A DNA stretch of 64,000 nt. Source: Longimicrobiales bacterium (GTDB lineage: Bacteria > Gemmatimonadota > Gemmatimonadetes > Longimicrobiales > Gaopeijiaceae). The stretch spans positions 2,656,001 through 2,720,000 of the forward strand of contig OZ250165.1 of assembly GCA_965238005.1 (NCBI GenBank). The letters run 5' to 3'. The notes beneath the pieces were generated by a model. That model did no database searches, was not told the origin of the DNA, and saw only the letters and a program-made list of their open reading frames with translations. The translations under genes and the position numbers were made by a program. Of this stretch, positions 32,079 to 43,100 are shown one piece after another (the first letter of the stretch is position 1; every line of letters starts with the position of its first letter).

Positions 32079-32142
32079 TCTTTCCACAACCGTGGAAACG
32101 CCCGTTATGCTGTTGTGGTGTATTGGGTTCAGAGGAGAGCAC

Positions 32143-32300
32143 GCCGTTAACGGCCCTCTAGGCCACGAGGGCGTTCCAGCCTACCCCAGGATACCGAAGA
32201 CGCTCAGAACGTGTTTGCGAGCGACTGACAGGCTTCTCCTTGCGCCCACCGGACCACTCTCGGATGTTGACCTCGGTCTGATCCTCTTCGTGCCGAGGAC
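32143..32300 (+). repeat. ~150-bp kinase-leader repeat, copy 4 (no kinase codons)
   Basis: GCCGTTAACGGCCCTCTAGGCCACG..CTTGCGCCCACCGGACCACTCTCGGATGTT..CTGATCC..GCCGAGGAC. Confidence 0.9.
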
Positions 32301-32407
32301 TTCGTGAAATCGAGCTCGCATTCCCCCGGACGTGGAGCCGACCACTCCCTACCTATCGCTGATGCTTGTCGTCGCCGGAGGGTGATTCCGCGTAGGAAGA
32401 CGGTTCT

Positions 32408-34354
32408 ATGGAGCGAAAACTCGCGGCGATTCTGAGTGCGGACGTCCAGGGCTACAGCCGTCTCATGGGGGACGACGAGGTGGCCACGATCCGCACTCTC
32501 ACGGCCTATAGAGAGGTGATGTCGGCTCTGATTCAGCAACGCCAGGGCCGGGTGGTGGATTCGCCGGGAGACAACCTACTCGCGGAGTTCGCCAGTGCCG
32601 TCGACGCGGTCGAGGGAGCGGTCGAGATCCAGCGTGAGCTCGGGACCAGGAACGCGGAGCTCCCCTCCCGTCGCCGGATGGAGTTCCGTATGGGGATCAA
32701 CGTGGGCGACGTCCTGGTGGAGGAAGAGCGCATATACGGTGATGGCGTCAACATCGCTGCTCGTCTCGAGAGTCTGGCGGCTGGCGGGGGGATCTGCATC
32801 TCGGGGACCGTCTACGACCAGGTCAAGAACAAGCTGTCCCTGGGCTTCGCGTATCAGGGTGAGCAGGCGGTGAAGAACATCGCAGACCCGATTCGCGTGT
32901 ACACCGTCGGGCCGGACACCCTCGAGTCGCGTACGATCGAGTCGGACACAGCGGTGGAGAGGCCCTCCATCGCGGTTCTGCCGTTCGTCAACATGAGCCC
33001 CGACCCCGAGAACGAGTACTTCTGCGACGGGATCTCGGAAGAGATCATCAACTCGCTTGCGCAGCTTCCCGAGCTCAAGGTCGCGGGTCGGACATCGGCA
33101 TTTTCGTTCAAGGGGACGGATCTGGGAGTGCCGGAGATCGGGACCAAGCTGAAGGTCGCCACGGTCCTGGAGGGGAGCGTGCGCAAAATGGGGGACCAGC
33201 TCCGGATTACAGCGCAGCTCATCGACGTCGAGAGCGGATACCATCTCTGGTCCGAGCAGTTCGACCGACAACTCGACGACATCTTCGCGATTCAGAACGA
33301 GATCGCGACGAACATCGCCGAGCGGTTGGAGGTGACGATCGGAAGTGGGGCGCGAGGGCCGAGGCTGCAAACCGACAACGTCGAGGCCTACGAGCTCTAT
33401 CTGAAAGGCCGTGTCCTGCTGTATCAACGCGGAATGGCGATGTTCCGGGCGCGGGAATGTTTTGAGGAGGCGCTTGCCCTGGATCCGCAGTACGCGTTGG
33501 CCCACGCCGGTCTGGCCGACAGTTACTCGATCCTCGGCTACCACGGATTCATCGCGCCCCCCGAAGCATGGCCGCCTGCCCGTCAGGCCGCCGAGCAGGC
33601 CGTCGCGCTAGCGCCCGAGCTCGCGGAGGCGCACAATGCGCTCGCAATCGTTGCCTTCGCCCGGGATTGGGACTGGGTGACGGCGGGCCGTGAGTTTAGG
33701 CGCTCCCTCGAGCTTAATCCGGGCTACGTGCAGGCCCGAGTTTGGCACGCCGTGGCTTGCCTGCAGGGGACGAGGGGGGACCATGACGCTGCAATCGCAG
33801 AGGCGCGAGTGGCGGTGGACATCGACCCTCTATCCGCCTACACCCACACAATGCTCGCGTATGTCTTGACGCAAGCCGGCCGAGCAGAAGAGGCGGTTGA
33901 GGAAGCCCGAAGAGGGGTGGAATCCGATCCGGATTCGTACTGGGGCCAGTTTGTGCTGGCGACCGCGTACCACTGCGCCGCCCGCCTTTCGGAGGCGGAA
34001 GGCGCGTATCAACGGGCGTTGTCCGCATCGGGACGTAATCCTTTGGCCCTGGCGAACCTGGGCAGGCTCTATGCGGAGTGGGAGAAGCCAGCGGACGCGG
34101 CGGCGGTTGACGCCGAGCTCATGGCCCGATCCCGACAGAAATACGTGCAACCCATCACTGTCGCGCTAGCCGCGGCGTGTGCCGGCAGGGCCGAAGAGGC
34201 CCTCGCGCTACTCCAACGGGCCTGCGAAGAACGCGATCCCTGGCTAGCATGGGGTGCGCTCACTTCGCCATGGTTCGAGCCCTTGCGGGCATTCCCGGAA
34301 TACGAGGAGATACTGACGCGAATGAAGCTGCCAGTAACTGGCAGCGATTCGTAA
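32408..34354 (+). CDS. Class III adenylate/guanylate cyclase with TolB-N-like and TPR domains
   Basis: ERKLAAILSADV, GDGVNIAARLE, SIAVLPF, VLEGSVR, TPR helices. Confidence 0.93.
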   Translation: MERKLAAILSADVQGYSRLMGDDEVATIRTLTAYREVMSALIQQRQGRVVDSPGDNLLAEFASAVDAVEGAVEIQRELGTRNAELPSRRRMEFRMGINVGDVLVEEERIYGDGVNIAARLESLAAGGGICISGTVYDQVKNKLSLGFAYQGEQAVKNIADPIRVYTVGPDTLESRTIESDTAVERPSIAVLPFVNMSPDPENEYFCDGISEEIINSLAQLPELKVAGRTSAFSFKGTDLGVPEIGTKLKVATVLEGSVRKMGDQLRITAQLIDVESGYHLWSEQFDRQLDDIFAIQNEIATNIAERLEVTIGSGARGPRLQTDNVEAYELYLKGRVLLYQRGMAMFRARECFEEALALDPQYALAHAGLADSYSILGYHGFIAPPEAWPPARQAAEQAVALAPELAEAHNALAIVAFARDWDWVTAGREFRRSLELNPGYVQARVWHAVACLQGTRGDHDAAIAEARVAVDIDPLSAYTHTMLAYVLTQAGRAEEAVEEARRGVESDPDSYWGQFVLATAYHCAARLSEAEGAYQRALSASGRNPLALANLGRLYAEWEKPADAAAVDAELMARSRQKYVQPITVALAAACAGRAEEALALLQRACEERDPWLAWGALTSPWFEPLRAFPEYEEILTRMKLPVTGSDS

Positions 34355-34387
34355 TGGCTGAAGAGACCTGAGCTGAAGACTAGGCCC

Positions 34388-34531
34388 ATGACCGACCCCA
34401 TCACCCGTCTGAACGCCGCCCTGGAAGGCCGCTACGCCATCGAGCGTGAGCTGGGCGAGGGCGGAAGGGTGCGTACCATCTATGATCAGAGCTTGACCCG
34501 ATGGGGCCTCCCGGTCCCGCCGCCGCAGTAG
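34388..34531 (+). pseudogene. Ser/Thr kinase 5' stub F
   Basis: MTDPITRLNAALEGRYAIERELGEGG, then unrelated sequence. Confidence 0.88.
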
Positions 34532-34600
34532 ACGCCCCGCAGGACGCCCGCCCCAACGACGAACCCGGAGCAGTGTTGAGCCGTGCGCCGGAGGTACGTC

Positions 34601-35662
34601 ATGAAGCGCTTCCCCTTGCTCCTGTGGACAGTCCTGATGCTTGCCGGGTGTCAGGACCTTGCACAGCAAGCGATGGGTCCGCCCGAGAACCCCGGTCCGC
34701 CCGAGAACCCCGGTCCGCCTGAAGACCCCGGTCCGCCTCCGTTCCTGGACCCTCCCAAGATCGCCTTTGTCAGCAGCCGAGACGGGAATATCGAGATCTA
34801 CACGATGAGCGCAGACGGATCGGGCCAGGTCCGCCTCACCAATAATAGCGCACAAGACCGCCTCCCCCGTTGGTCGCCGGACGGGACGAAGATCGCCTTT
34901 CAAAGCAACCGAGACGGAAACAGCGAGGTCTACGTAATTAACGCAGACGGATCAGGCCTGGCGAACCTCACTAGCCACGCGTCGCGTGATGACACCCCGC
35001 AATGGTCACCGGACGGGACGAAGATCGTCTTTGTCACCAATCGCGACGGGAACGATGAGGTCTACGTAATGAACGCCGACGGATCCGGGAAGACGAACCT
35101 CACTAACGATTCCGCCACCGATGCCCCCACGTTCGTCCGCGCCTGGTCACCGGACGGGTCGAGAATCCTTTTTAGGAGCCAGCGCGACGCGAGTCGTGGC
35201 CTTTACGTGATGAACCAAGACGGCTCGGGCGTGACTCGTCTCACGAGCATCACGGCCTTGAACGGCAGCTGGTCACCGGACGGGACGAAGATCGTATTCG
35301 ACAGCAGCGGTGACATATGGGTGATGAACGCCGACGGGTCGGGCCAAACCAACCTGACCAATGACCCAGGCAGAGGAGATTCCTTTCCCCATTGGTCGCC
35401 CGACGGGACGAAGATCACTTGGGATGCGGAGGGTGAGGTCTACATAATCAGCCCCGACGGAATGGGCCAGGCGAATCTCACGAACAACGCGGCCTACGAT
35501 TTTCCCCAATTCTTCCTGCCGGACGGGGCGAAGATCGTCTTTGGCACGACTCGGGACGGAAACGATGATCTCTACGTGATGAACGCCGACGGATCGGGGC
35601 CGCAACAGCTTACGAATAGCCCCGCGCTCGACGACGAGGCAGATCTGTGGCCAAAACCGTAA
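34601..35662 (+). CDS. TolB-like (PD40 repeat) beta-propeller lipoprotein
   Basis: Lipobox [12 protein letters not shown] repeats; N-terminal GPPENP-type repeat x3 (18-bp tandem). Confidence 0.92.
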   Translation: MKRFPLLLWTVLMLAGCQDLAQQAMGPPENPGPPENPGPPEDPGPPPFLDPPKIAFVSSRDGNIEIYTMSADGSGQVRLTNNSAQDRLPRWSPDGTKIAFQSNRDGNSEVYVINADGSGLANLTSHASRDDTPQWSPDGTKIVFVTNRDGNDEVYVMNADGSGKTNLTNDSATDAPTFVRAWSPDGSRILFRSQRDASRGLYVMNQDGSGVTRLTSITALNGSWSPDGTKIVFDSSGDIWVMNADGSGQTNLTNDPGRGDSFPHWSPDGTKITWDAEGEVYIISPDGMGQANLTNNAAYDFPQFFLPDGAKIVFGTTRDGNDDLYVMNADGSGPQQLTNSPALDDEADLWPKP

Positions 35663-36447
35663 GGCGGGCCTCCCCACATGCGCTGCGTGTTTACCAAGGC
35701 CAACCCGCGCTACTGACGGCGTCTAGTTTGCGGTACGGCTGACGAGAGGACAGAGGAGAATCCTGGGGGGGATAGGTATCCCAAACAGTGCTAGGTCACG
35801 CGGTCTACGATCACCGGTCGAGGGCGCTCCACGATGGCACTCCGTTTCCCCTCCCTATGTGCGAAGCCCCTTACAAACATCAGGAGTGGGAAGCTCCCTC
35901 AGAGATCCCGACTGGGCTAGCAACACACGCAGAAAGTGGAACATGGGTTAGGGAGGACACACCTATGCTACTCCACACCTTTGAGTACATCGTCCGAAAT
36001 GCGCTTCTGAAGTGGTGGGCATCCCTTACGACGGATGGTGGCCAGAATCTCTCAGATTAAGCTGCCCCCACGCACGTCGGACTTCCCCACGCTCCCTCAA
36101 TATCAGGCAGCAAGTAGTAGCCCCCGCTCGTTACTGGTTCAGTTTGGGCGGGAGTCAAGCCAGGGGCAATTCGAGCACGCCTTCTAGCAAGCGATTAGTG
36201 TTGTCGCGGTAGGCGACGTGAACACCAGCGAGCCGCGCCCCGGTTGCCGTAGTCGCAATGGACGAGCAAGCCGTTAACGCGGCTTCAAGGTCGGGGCAGA
36301 TGGCTGTTCGTCGTTCGCATTCTTCGATCTGTTCCCGGCGCAGTAGACAGGGCCTTTGGTGAAGGCGTGAGCGTGATCATCGCGGCGGGGGGCACAGTGG
36401 GAGCCACGGCCACAAGTAGGTTTGACACCCCGCTATAGCATGAAAAC

Positions 36448-36557
36448 TATAAAGTGTTGTGAATCATATAGTTAGCGTCACTCATATGGATATCGTTCCC
36501 TCTTTATATCCCTTTTTCAGGCCGGGATTCCAATAGAACCTAGCGGACCTTCGCGGA
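36448..36557 (+). repeat. AT-rich 110-bp island-end (att-arm-like) sequence, copy 1
   Basis: Ungapped 70/110 match (hand count) to 56281-56390. Confidence 0.7.
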
Positions 36558-36596
36558 CAGGTTGTCGGGGTGTGCCAACGAGCGGTGGCGGTCGCA

Positions 36597-39500
36597 TCAA
36601 CCGGCACCGCGACGTGCCTCATCCGCCTCCGACCTGGTCTGGAACGCGTCGGGCCAGCGGCCATGGGCATCGATGACCTCGTCGATCTCGGCCATGATGC
36701 GGATGGTCTCATTCAGGGCGACGACGATCTTCTGGTAGTGGGCAACGTCCTCGTCCGAGAGCGTGCGGCCTTTCCGGTCCTTGAGCCACTTGTGGCAGAC
36801 CTGGTAGCCGCCGATCTGGAAATCCCAGACCTCCTCGGGCACGCCCTGAAAGCCGATGGTGCCGGGCCTGGTCGCACGCTGGCCCTCGCGGGCGTTGGTC
36901 TTGCCGGCGTCGAGCCAGACGGTGCCGTCCGACCAGCCGACGCGGCCGACTTCAGGGTTCTTGGGGCCGGTGTAGGTGGTGATGAACTCGTCGAGCTCTA
37001 GGGACTCGAGCACGTGTAGGACCAGCAGGTCATGACCAGCCTCCGCCAGCTTTCGGAAGAGGTCGACACTTTCGGGCAGCGGCACGCGGGGGAAGTCGAG
37101 CTTGAGCTGGGCCTCGTAGCGCTCGCGGTAGCCGGGGCTGTGGAACACCGAGTAGATCCAGGCCAGCACGTCCTCGGGGCCGAAGGTCTTCCGGAGATCG
37201 CCGCGGCCATCGCTGACGAAGCGCAGTTCGGTGGCGGTTGCAATCTGCTCGACGAACCCCATGTCCAGATTCGGCGTGCGACCGTCCTTGCCCTTGGCCC
37301 AGCGGCTGAACAGCGAACCGTCGGCCTTGCCGACTCCGGGATAGAGGTATAAGGGAAAGAGCGAGTTGATGTCGTAGGCCGAGCAGGTCTTGTGCGCGAT
37401 GATGTTGGACGTCGCTAGTGCGCCCCACTCGTCTTTTGTCTGCCTCGTCGTAATAAGGCCGACATTCTCTCCCGCGAGCATGTGCCCCATGACCTCCACT
37501 ACAGGCCAGCCAATGAAGCCCCGGCTTCGCCCAGTGTAGTAAATGAAACGCCTATCGAATGGCCGGTAAAGGATGGGCGTGATGCAACGCCTTGAGGGAC
37601 CGCTATCGCGGACATCCTTCTGAGCCCAATCGAACTGCCAATCACGTACATCGGGAGGCAGACTGAAATGCGTTCGCGCTTCCTGTTGGGACAGACGAGC
37701 AAAGGTTGTTACTGTGTTCCAGACGGTGTCAGGGTCGAAGCGTATGGATAGTGCATCACGCTTTGTTATCACTCCTGTGCCGCCTATCTGAAATATCTCT
37801 CGAACTGACGTCCATTCTTCGTAGTTATCTCCACGGCTTGCGAATGGCTTGAACAAGTAGAAGCGAGCACGTGGTGCAATTCTTTCCCAAGCAGTTTCTG
37901 ATGCCGTATTGGCAATGAGACAGTCGTACTTGTGTGCCCTCGCTCCCCAGCAGTTCGCATGGCGCACACGGGGGTAAGAAACCTCGTGAGCCCCGGGAGA
38001 CGTTTTGACGAACAGACCGATTGCGACGCCCTGTTCGATGTCGAAGACGTTCTCGTCCTTGTGACCGTCGGGGGTCACCTCTTTCTTCTTTACGTTCCCG
38101 TGTAGGTCCAGCAGGAACAAATGGTCGAAAGACGCTAGCAATGCCCATCGCATGCCACGGAACGTCGGATTGTCGATATAGCTGTGATTCGTGATGAAGC
38201 CGTGGATTCCCATGCCGGACAGTTCCAACAACCAATTAGAGAGCCGCGTGAATTGGACGTAGAGGTCGTTCAACCACTTCGAGTTGCGCTCGTTCAGTGA
38301 CTCGCCGTCCACCTCGAAGTAGCTCAAAGTCTTGCAGCCCATCCGGATCTCCCGACCGCGCATGAGCGCAGCGATCCAGTCACCGCCGCGCCCGGCCTCG
38401 GCGAGGTACGGCGGATTCCCGATCACCACCGTGAACCGCCGCTTCCGCTTGATCTCGCTGACCGCATTGGCCTCGTGCGCCAGCGCGGGCAGGAAGTCGA
38501 GCATGAGCTGCTCGTCCGCCGCCGGCTCCAGCGCATTCGTGAGGTACACCCGTGCCCGCTCGTCGCTTTCGAAGCGGTAGCCGGTCTCGTAGAGCTTGAG
38601 CCCGATCTTGACGTGCGCGATGGCGTACGGGGCCATCAGCAGCTCGTACCCGTGCAGGCGCGGCAGCAGGTGCTTCGGGACGTACTCGTTCCAGAGTGTC
38701 CGAATCTTCTTCTCGCCGTGGCCCTGCGACTTCCACTTCACAGCCATCGTGTTGTGGATGAGATCGATGACCTCGACGAGGAAGGTGCCGATGCCGGTGG
38801 CCGGGTCGAGGATCTGAACGAAGGTCTGGGTGGGCGAGGTGCCTTCCGGGATCTTCAGATCCTCGTGGCGCTTGGCCATCTCGCCCCAGGCGGTGGTGTC
38901 GGCGAGGCCGTCGGTGAGAGCGAATTCGCTCCGCAAGAGCTCGTCCACCGAGCGCACGATGTAGGAGACCACCGGGCGTGGCGTGTAGAAGACGCCGCGG
39001 CTCACCTTTTGCTTCTTGTCGTAGGCGGCGAGGAAGTGCTCGTAGAAGTGGATGACCGGGTCTTCCTGGGGGTTCCGGTCGCCGAAGTCGCGGACGACGG
39101 CCTCCATGTTGGCCCGGTCGAGGAGTTCGACCACCTCGGAGACGCCCAGCTCGTCGAAGTCGATGCCCGGGCCGCCGGCCCTGCCGCGGCGTCCGCCCAC
39201 GCGCAGGAAGGTCTCCATCAGCTCCCGGAGGAACGGGTTAGTCCGCATGTGGGCGGCGAAGTCGTCGGCGGTGCGCCGCGCGGGGTCGGTGATGCGGGCC
39301 GAGAGCAGGCCGTATGCGATGGTCTGGGCGTACATGTCGGCGAAGCCGGCCTCGTCCAGGTCGTGGACGAGCGCAGTCCGGAACGCCTTCATGAGCTTGG
39401 TGAGCGGCCCGGACTCGGTCTCGATCGCAAGCACCGTCCGGATGCGGTCGCGGATCGCGCGGGCCAGCTCGGCCAGGCGCTCGGAGAGCTGCTTCGAGGT

Positions 39501-40106
39501 GCTGACGACCTCGCGGTGGCGCAGTGTGAAGGCAGCGCGCCAGCGGTCGCGCCAGGCGTCGGAGTCGCCCTCGTCATCGGGCCAGGTGAGGTGGTCGGTC
39601 AGCTCGCGGGCGACGGCGTCGAGGTGGAGCGGCGTGTCGAGGTTGTCCCAGCCGAGCACCTTGAGGGTCGGCAGGTCGTGGCCGTCCTGGGGCTTCGAGA
39701 AATGGGCGAAGGCGATGCGGCGCTCCTCGCCCTCGCCGTAGTTGGAGACGAAGAGCAGGTCGTCCGCGGCCCAAGCCTGGCGCTCGGACTTGTTGGCCGA
39801 GGCGCGCTTCTTGAGCGCCACCTGGCCGAGGATGCGGCGCAGCGCCACCACGGGCAGGCGCTTCGGCTCGAACTTGACGAAGAAGATGCCCCAGGGCTGG
39901 CCCGGCACGAGCGGGCGCAGGCGCTTGATCTCCTGGATCTTGGCCGCGCTCTTCGCGTCGATCCCTAGCTCCTTCGGGGTGTACTCGAAGGTCAGCTCAT
40001 CGAAGTCGTCCGAGTCGATCGGCCAGCCGAGCTCATCGCGCAAGTAGGCGACGAGCTGGTCGAAGCGGCGGATGCGGGCGAGGCGTTCGCGGTGGTCGGT
40101 TGCCAT
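36597..40106 (-). CDS. N6-adenine DNA methyltransferase with Type ISP-like C-terminal specificity region
   Basis: GVFYTP, ILDPATG, GNPPY, YRPFD, DFPRVP, IGGYQV..KWLKDRK. Confidence 0.88.
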   Translation of the reverse strand: MATDHRERLARIRRFDQLVAYLRDELGWPIDSDDFDELTFEYTPKELGIDAKSAAKIQEIKRLRPLVPGQPWGIFFVKFEPKRLPVVALRRILGQVALKKRASANKSERQAWAADDLLFVSNYGEGEERRIAFAHFSKPQDGHDLPTLKVLGWDNLDTPLHLDAVARELTDHLTWPDDEGDSDAWRDRWRAAFTLRHREVVSTSKQLSERLAELARAIRDRIRTVLAIETESGPLTKLMKAFRTALVHDLDEAGFADMYAQTIAYGLLSARITDPARRTADDFAAHMRTNPFLRELMETFLRVGGRRGRAGGPGIDFDELGVSEVVELLDRANMEAVVRDFGDRNPQEDPVIHFYEHFLAAYDKKQKVSRGVFYTPRPVVSYIVRSVDELLRSEFALTDGLADTTAWGEMAKRHEDLKIPEGTSPTQTFVQILDPATGIGTFLVEVIDLIHNTMAVKWKSQGHGEKKIRTLWNEYVPKHLLPRLHGYELLMAPYAIAHVKIGLKLYETGYRFESDERARVYLTNALEPAADEQLMLDFLPALAHEANAVSEIKRKRRFTVVIGNPPYLAEAGRGGDWIAALMRGREIRMGCKTLSYFEVDGESLNERNSKWLNDLYVQFTRLSNWLLELSGMGIHGFITNHSYIDNPTFRGMRWALLASFDHLFLLDLHGNVKKKEVTPDGHKDENVFDIEQGVAIGLFVKTSPGAHEVSYPRVRHANCWGARAHKYDCLIANTASETAWERIAPRARFYLFKPFASRGDNYEEWTSVREIFQIGGTGVITKRDALSIRFDPDTVWNTVTTFARLSQQEARTHFSLPPDVRDWQFDWAQKDVRDSGPSRRCITPILYRPFDRRFIYYTGRSRGFIGWPVVEVMGHMLAGENVGLITTRQTKDEWGALATSNIIAHKTCSAYDINSLFPLYLYPGVGKADGSLFSRWAKGKDGRTPNLDMGFVEQIATATELRFVSDGRGDLRKTFGPEDVLAWIYSVFHSPGYRERYEAQLKLDFPRVPLPESVDLFRKLAEAGHDLLVLHVLESLELDEFITTYTGPKNPEVGRVGWSDGTVWLDAGKTNAREGQRATRPGTIGFQGVPEEVWDFQIGGYQVCHKWLKDRKGRTLSDEDVAHYQKIVVALNETIRIMAEIDEVIDAHGRWPDAFQTRSEADEARRGAG

Positions 40107-40110
40107 CGGT

Positions 40111-43100
40111 TCAGCCCTCGTTCAACTCCATCCAGCAGCGCAGCTGCGGCTTGACACCGACCGGGGCATCCACGCGCTTCAGGTAGCTGTTCTTGATGTG
40201 CTTCTCGATCCGCTTGCGGATGTCGAGGAGCGTCTTCTCCTCCGTGGTGCAGCGCTGGGGAGTCTCGGGCTTCGAGCGGATGCTCGCAACGATCTCGCCC
40301 GGCTCCTCGAGGATGGTCTCGCGGTCGAGGTTGTAGAGGTACCAGCGGGTGGTGCCGGCCTCCTCGGTGAACGCGTTCTTCTCCTTGTCGAGGGCGGGGA
40401 GCGCGTAGCAGAAGAAGACACCGCGCACGCCCTTCGCCGGGCGCTTGCGGCCACTGAAGATCGCGCCGGGGAAGCGAGCGAGCCGCGCCTCCAGCTCCGG
40501 GTCGCTCTGGAGCAGCGCCTGGTACTCGAGGTGCATGTCCTCGACGGCCGTGCGCGTGCCCTCGTACGCGTGGTGGAACTCCTTCAGCGCCGCGTAGTCG
40601 TCCTCGGGGGTGAGAAGCTTCCGGCCCTCGATGCCGAGGGTCTTGGAGATCAGGAGCGTCTTCTGCGTGACCTTCGTGTAGAGCGAGAGGATCTCGTTCA
40701 GCTCCTCGGGCGGGAGAAAGTTCCAGAACCAGACCTTGTCGCGCGAGGCGGCCGCCTCGGGATGGTCGGCGACGAGCCGCTTCTCGATTGCGGGATTCAT
40801 GCGCCGGTCCACCCGGCCGATGCGCTGCATGAGGCGCACCGGGTTCCAGTGGATGTCGTAGTTGATCATCCGCGAGGCGTCCTGAAGGTTGAGACCCTCG
40901 GAGAGGACATCCGTGGAGATCAGGACGCGGATCTCTTCGCGGCCCTGCTCGGCGAGCTCCGGGGATGAGAGGCCGTTGTAGTAGGGCGCGAAGCCCTGGA
41001 TGACGTCTGAACGGTTCTTCTTCGTGGCACTGTCCACCTGCTCGACACCCTCGATACCGGCCTCGTCCAGGTGACGCTTGAGGTAGCGGGCCGTGTCGGC
41101 GAACTCGGTGAAGACCAGGATCTTCTGGTCGGCCAGGGCCTTTGACTTGAGCAGGCGGATGAGCTTCTGCAGCTTGTCGTCGTGCTTTGGCTCGAACTTC
41201 CGGGCCTCGTCCAAGAACTGCACGATCTGGTCGAGGTCGAGGAATGTCTCGGGCATCATCTCCTCTACGTCGTACCCGGCCCGGTCCAAGCGCTCGGCCG
41301 CGTCGAGCATTTCCTGGGGGACGACGTCTTCGTCGTCCGCCTCCCTACCTTCTTCGCCCCAGAGCTCGAGGTGGCGCTGGACGGCGTAGCCCAGGACCTC
41401 GGCGTTCTGCGCCTTCCAGCGCTCGAGGCGCTTCTTCTCGGCGGCGCTCTCGCTGTGAACCTCAAGGAAGGCGAGCAGTTTTTGGAGGAGGCGGTCGCAG
41501 GAGAGCTCGAAGGCGGCGACGGAGCTCTCGAAGCGCTTGAGGAAGTTGGTCCGGATGAGGCCGACCACTTGTCTCTGGCGGTTCTCGTCGAACGGGTCGA
41601 TGTCCTTGTCCGGCCCCCTGTACCAATGCAGGGGGTAGTACATCGGGAGCGTGAAGAGCGGGCTCCGCTTCGCGAAGGCCTTCTCGATCAGGTCGAGCAT
41701 CCGCCCGTAGGTCTTGCGGATCGAGTACGCCGCTACCTGAGGGTCCCTCCGCTCGGGAAAGGCTGCTGCTTTGCCGTACTCCCGAATCTGGCTCTCGCGG
41801 GCGTATGCGCGGCTCCGCTGGACGACGAGCTGGCGGAAGAATGCGTCGGAGAAGAGGATCCCCTGGGCTTCGGTCATGTGCTCCGCGGCATCCGCCTCGT
41901 CCTGCCCCACACGGCTGCGGAGCGTCTTTTCCATCTGGTTGAAGTGCGCCCGGAGGTTGTTCACGCCGATCGTGCGCGCGAAGTAGGCCTCGTCGCGACG
42001 CGTGAAGAGCTCGGTCATGTGGCGGAAGTCGCTCAGGCGGTTGTTGATGGGGGTGGCCGTCAGCATGAACAGGGTCTTGGGGCGTTCCGTGTTGTCGAGC
42101 AGCTCTAACAGGCGGTAGTAGCGCGACGGTTCGATTCCCCTGTCGGGGTCACGCCGCCGGCCCGGATTGCGGAAGTGGTGCGCCTCGTCGATGACCACGA
42201 TGTCGGCGAGTTCCGCAATGCGCTGGAATCGCTCCGGGAAGTCCCCCTTTCGTCCGAGGTCGGTGTGGCTGAAGACGGCCAGGTTGCTGAAGTCCGCGCC
42301 ACCGCCGACGCCGCCGATGTGCGGAAGCCACCGACGCAGGTGGGGCTCCCATACCCCCTCCTTGGCCGCCTTCGGTGCGAACAGCGCGACACGTTTGCCC
42401 TCGTGAAGGATGAGCCGCTCGATTAGCATCAGACCGACGAAGGTCTTGCCAAGACCCACGCCGTCACAGAGGAACGCGCCGCGGTGCTGCCGGGCGATCT
42501 TCATGAGCGCCCAATACGCCTCCTTCTGATAGCGATCGAGGTGCGGGAACATGCGCGACCGTGTCTCGTCCCACTCGGTCGCGGTCAACTCATGCCCCCG
42601 GAGGAACTGCTGCAGGGCCTTCGCATAGACGTCGAACGGCGAATACAAGTGCGTATGGCGCGAGATCGTCTCGATGACGGCCTCGGTGACCCCGCTCGCT
42701 TCGTTCCAGTGCATCTCGAACCACTCCTGGAGCTGCGCGACCTCGCGCGCGCTCTGGATCTGGACGTTCAGCTCGACGTTCTTCGTGAGACCCGGCCGCG
42801 TGAAGTTGCTGGAGCCCACCAGCGCCTGGGCACCCACGACCTCGAGCTTTGCGTGGGTGATGTAGGCCTTGGCGTGGAATTTGTGCTTGTCGTAGACACG
42901 GCATTCGATCTGCCCGGAACGGAGCGCGTCGAGGATCGCAGGGACCCCGTGCAGGAAGGGGTTCGGCTCCTTGTCCTCCTCAATGCTTTCATCGAGCCTG
43001 TCGAGCGCTTGCGCCCGGACCGCTTCGAGAATGGCCTTCCGAGTCCGATGGGTGGTCTCCGCTCCCATCAGGATCCGGATCTTGTCGAGCCCCTGCCATC

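Noticed and set aside
25462..32300. Leader repeat as canonical attC, CRISPR repeat or MITE
   Set aside because: No RYYYAAC/GTTRRRY pairing at attC spacing, kb-scale irregular spacing, and no terminal IRs or target duplications.
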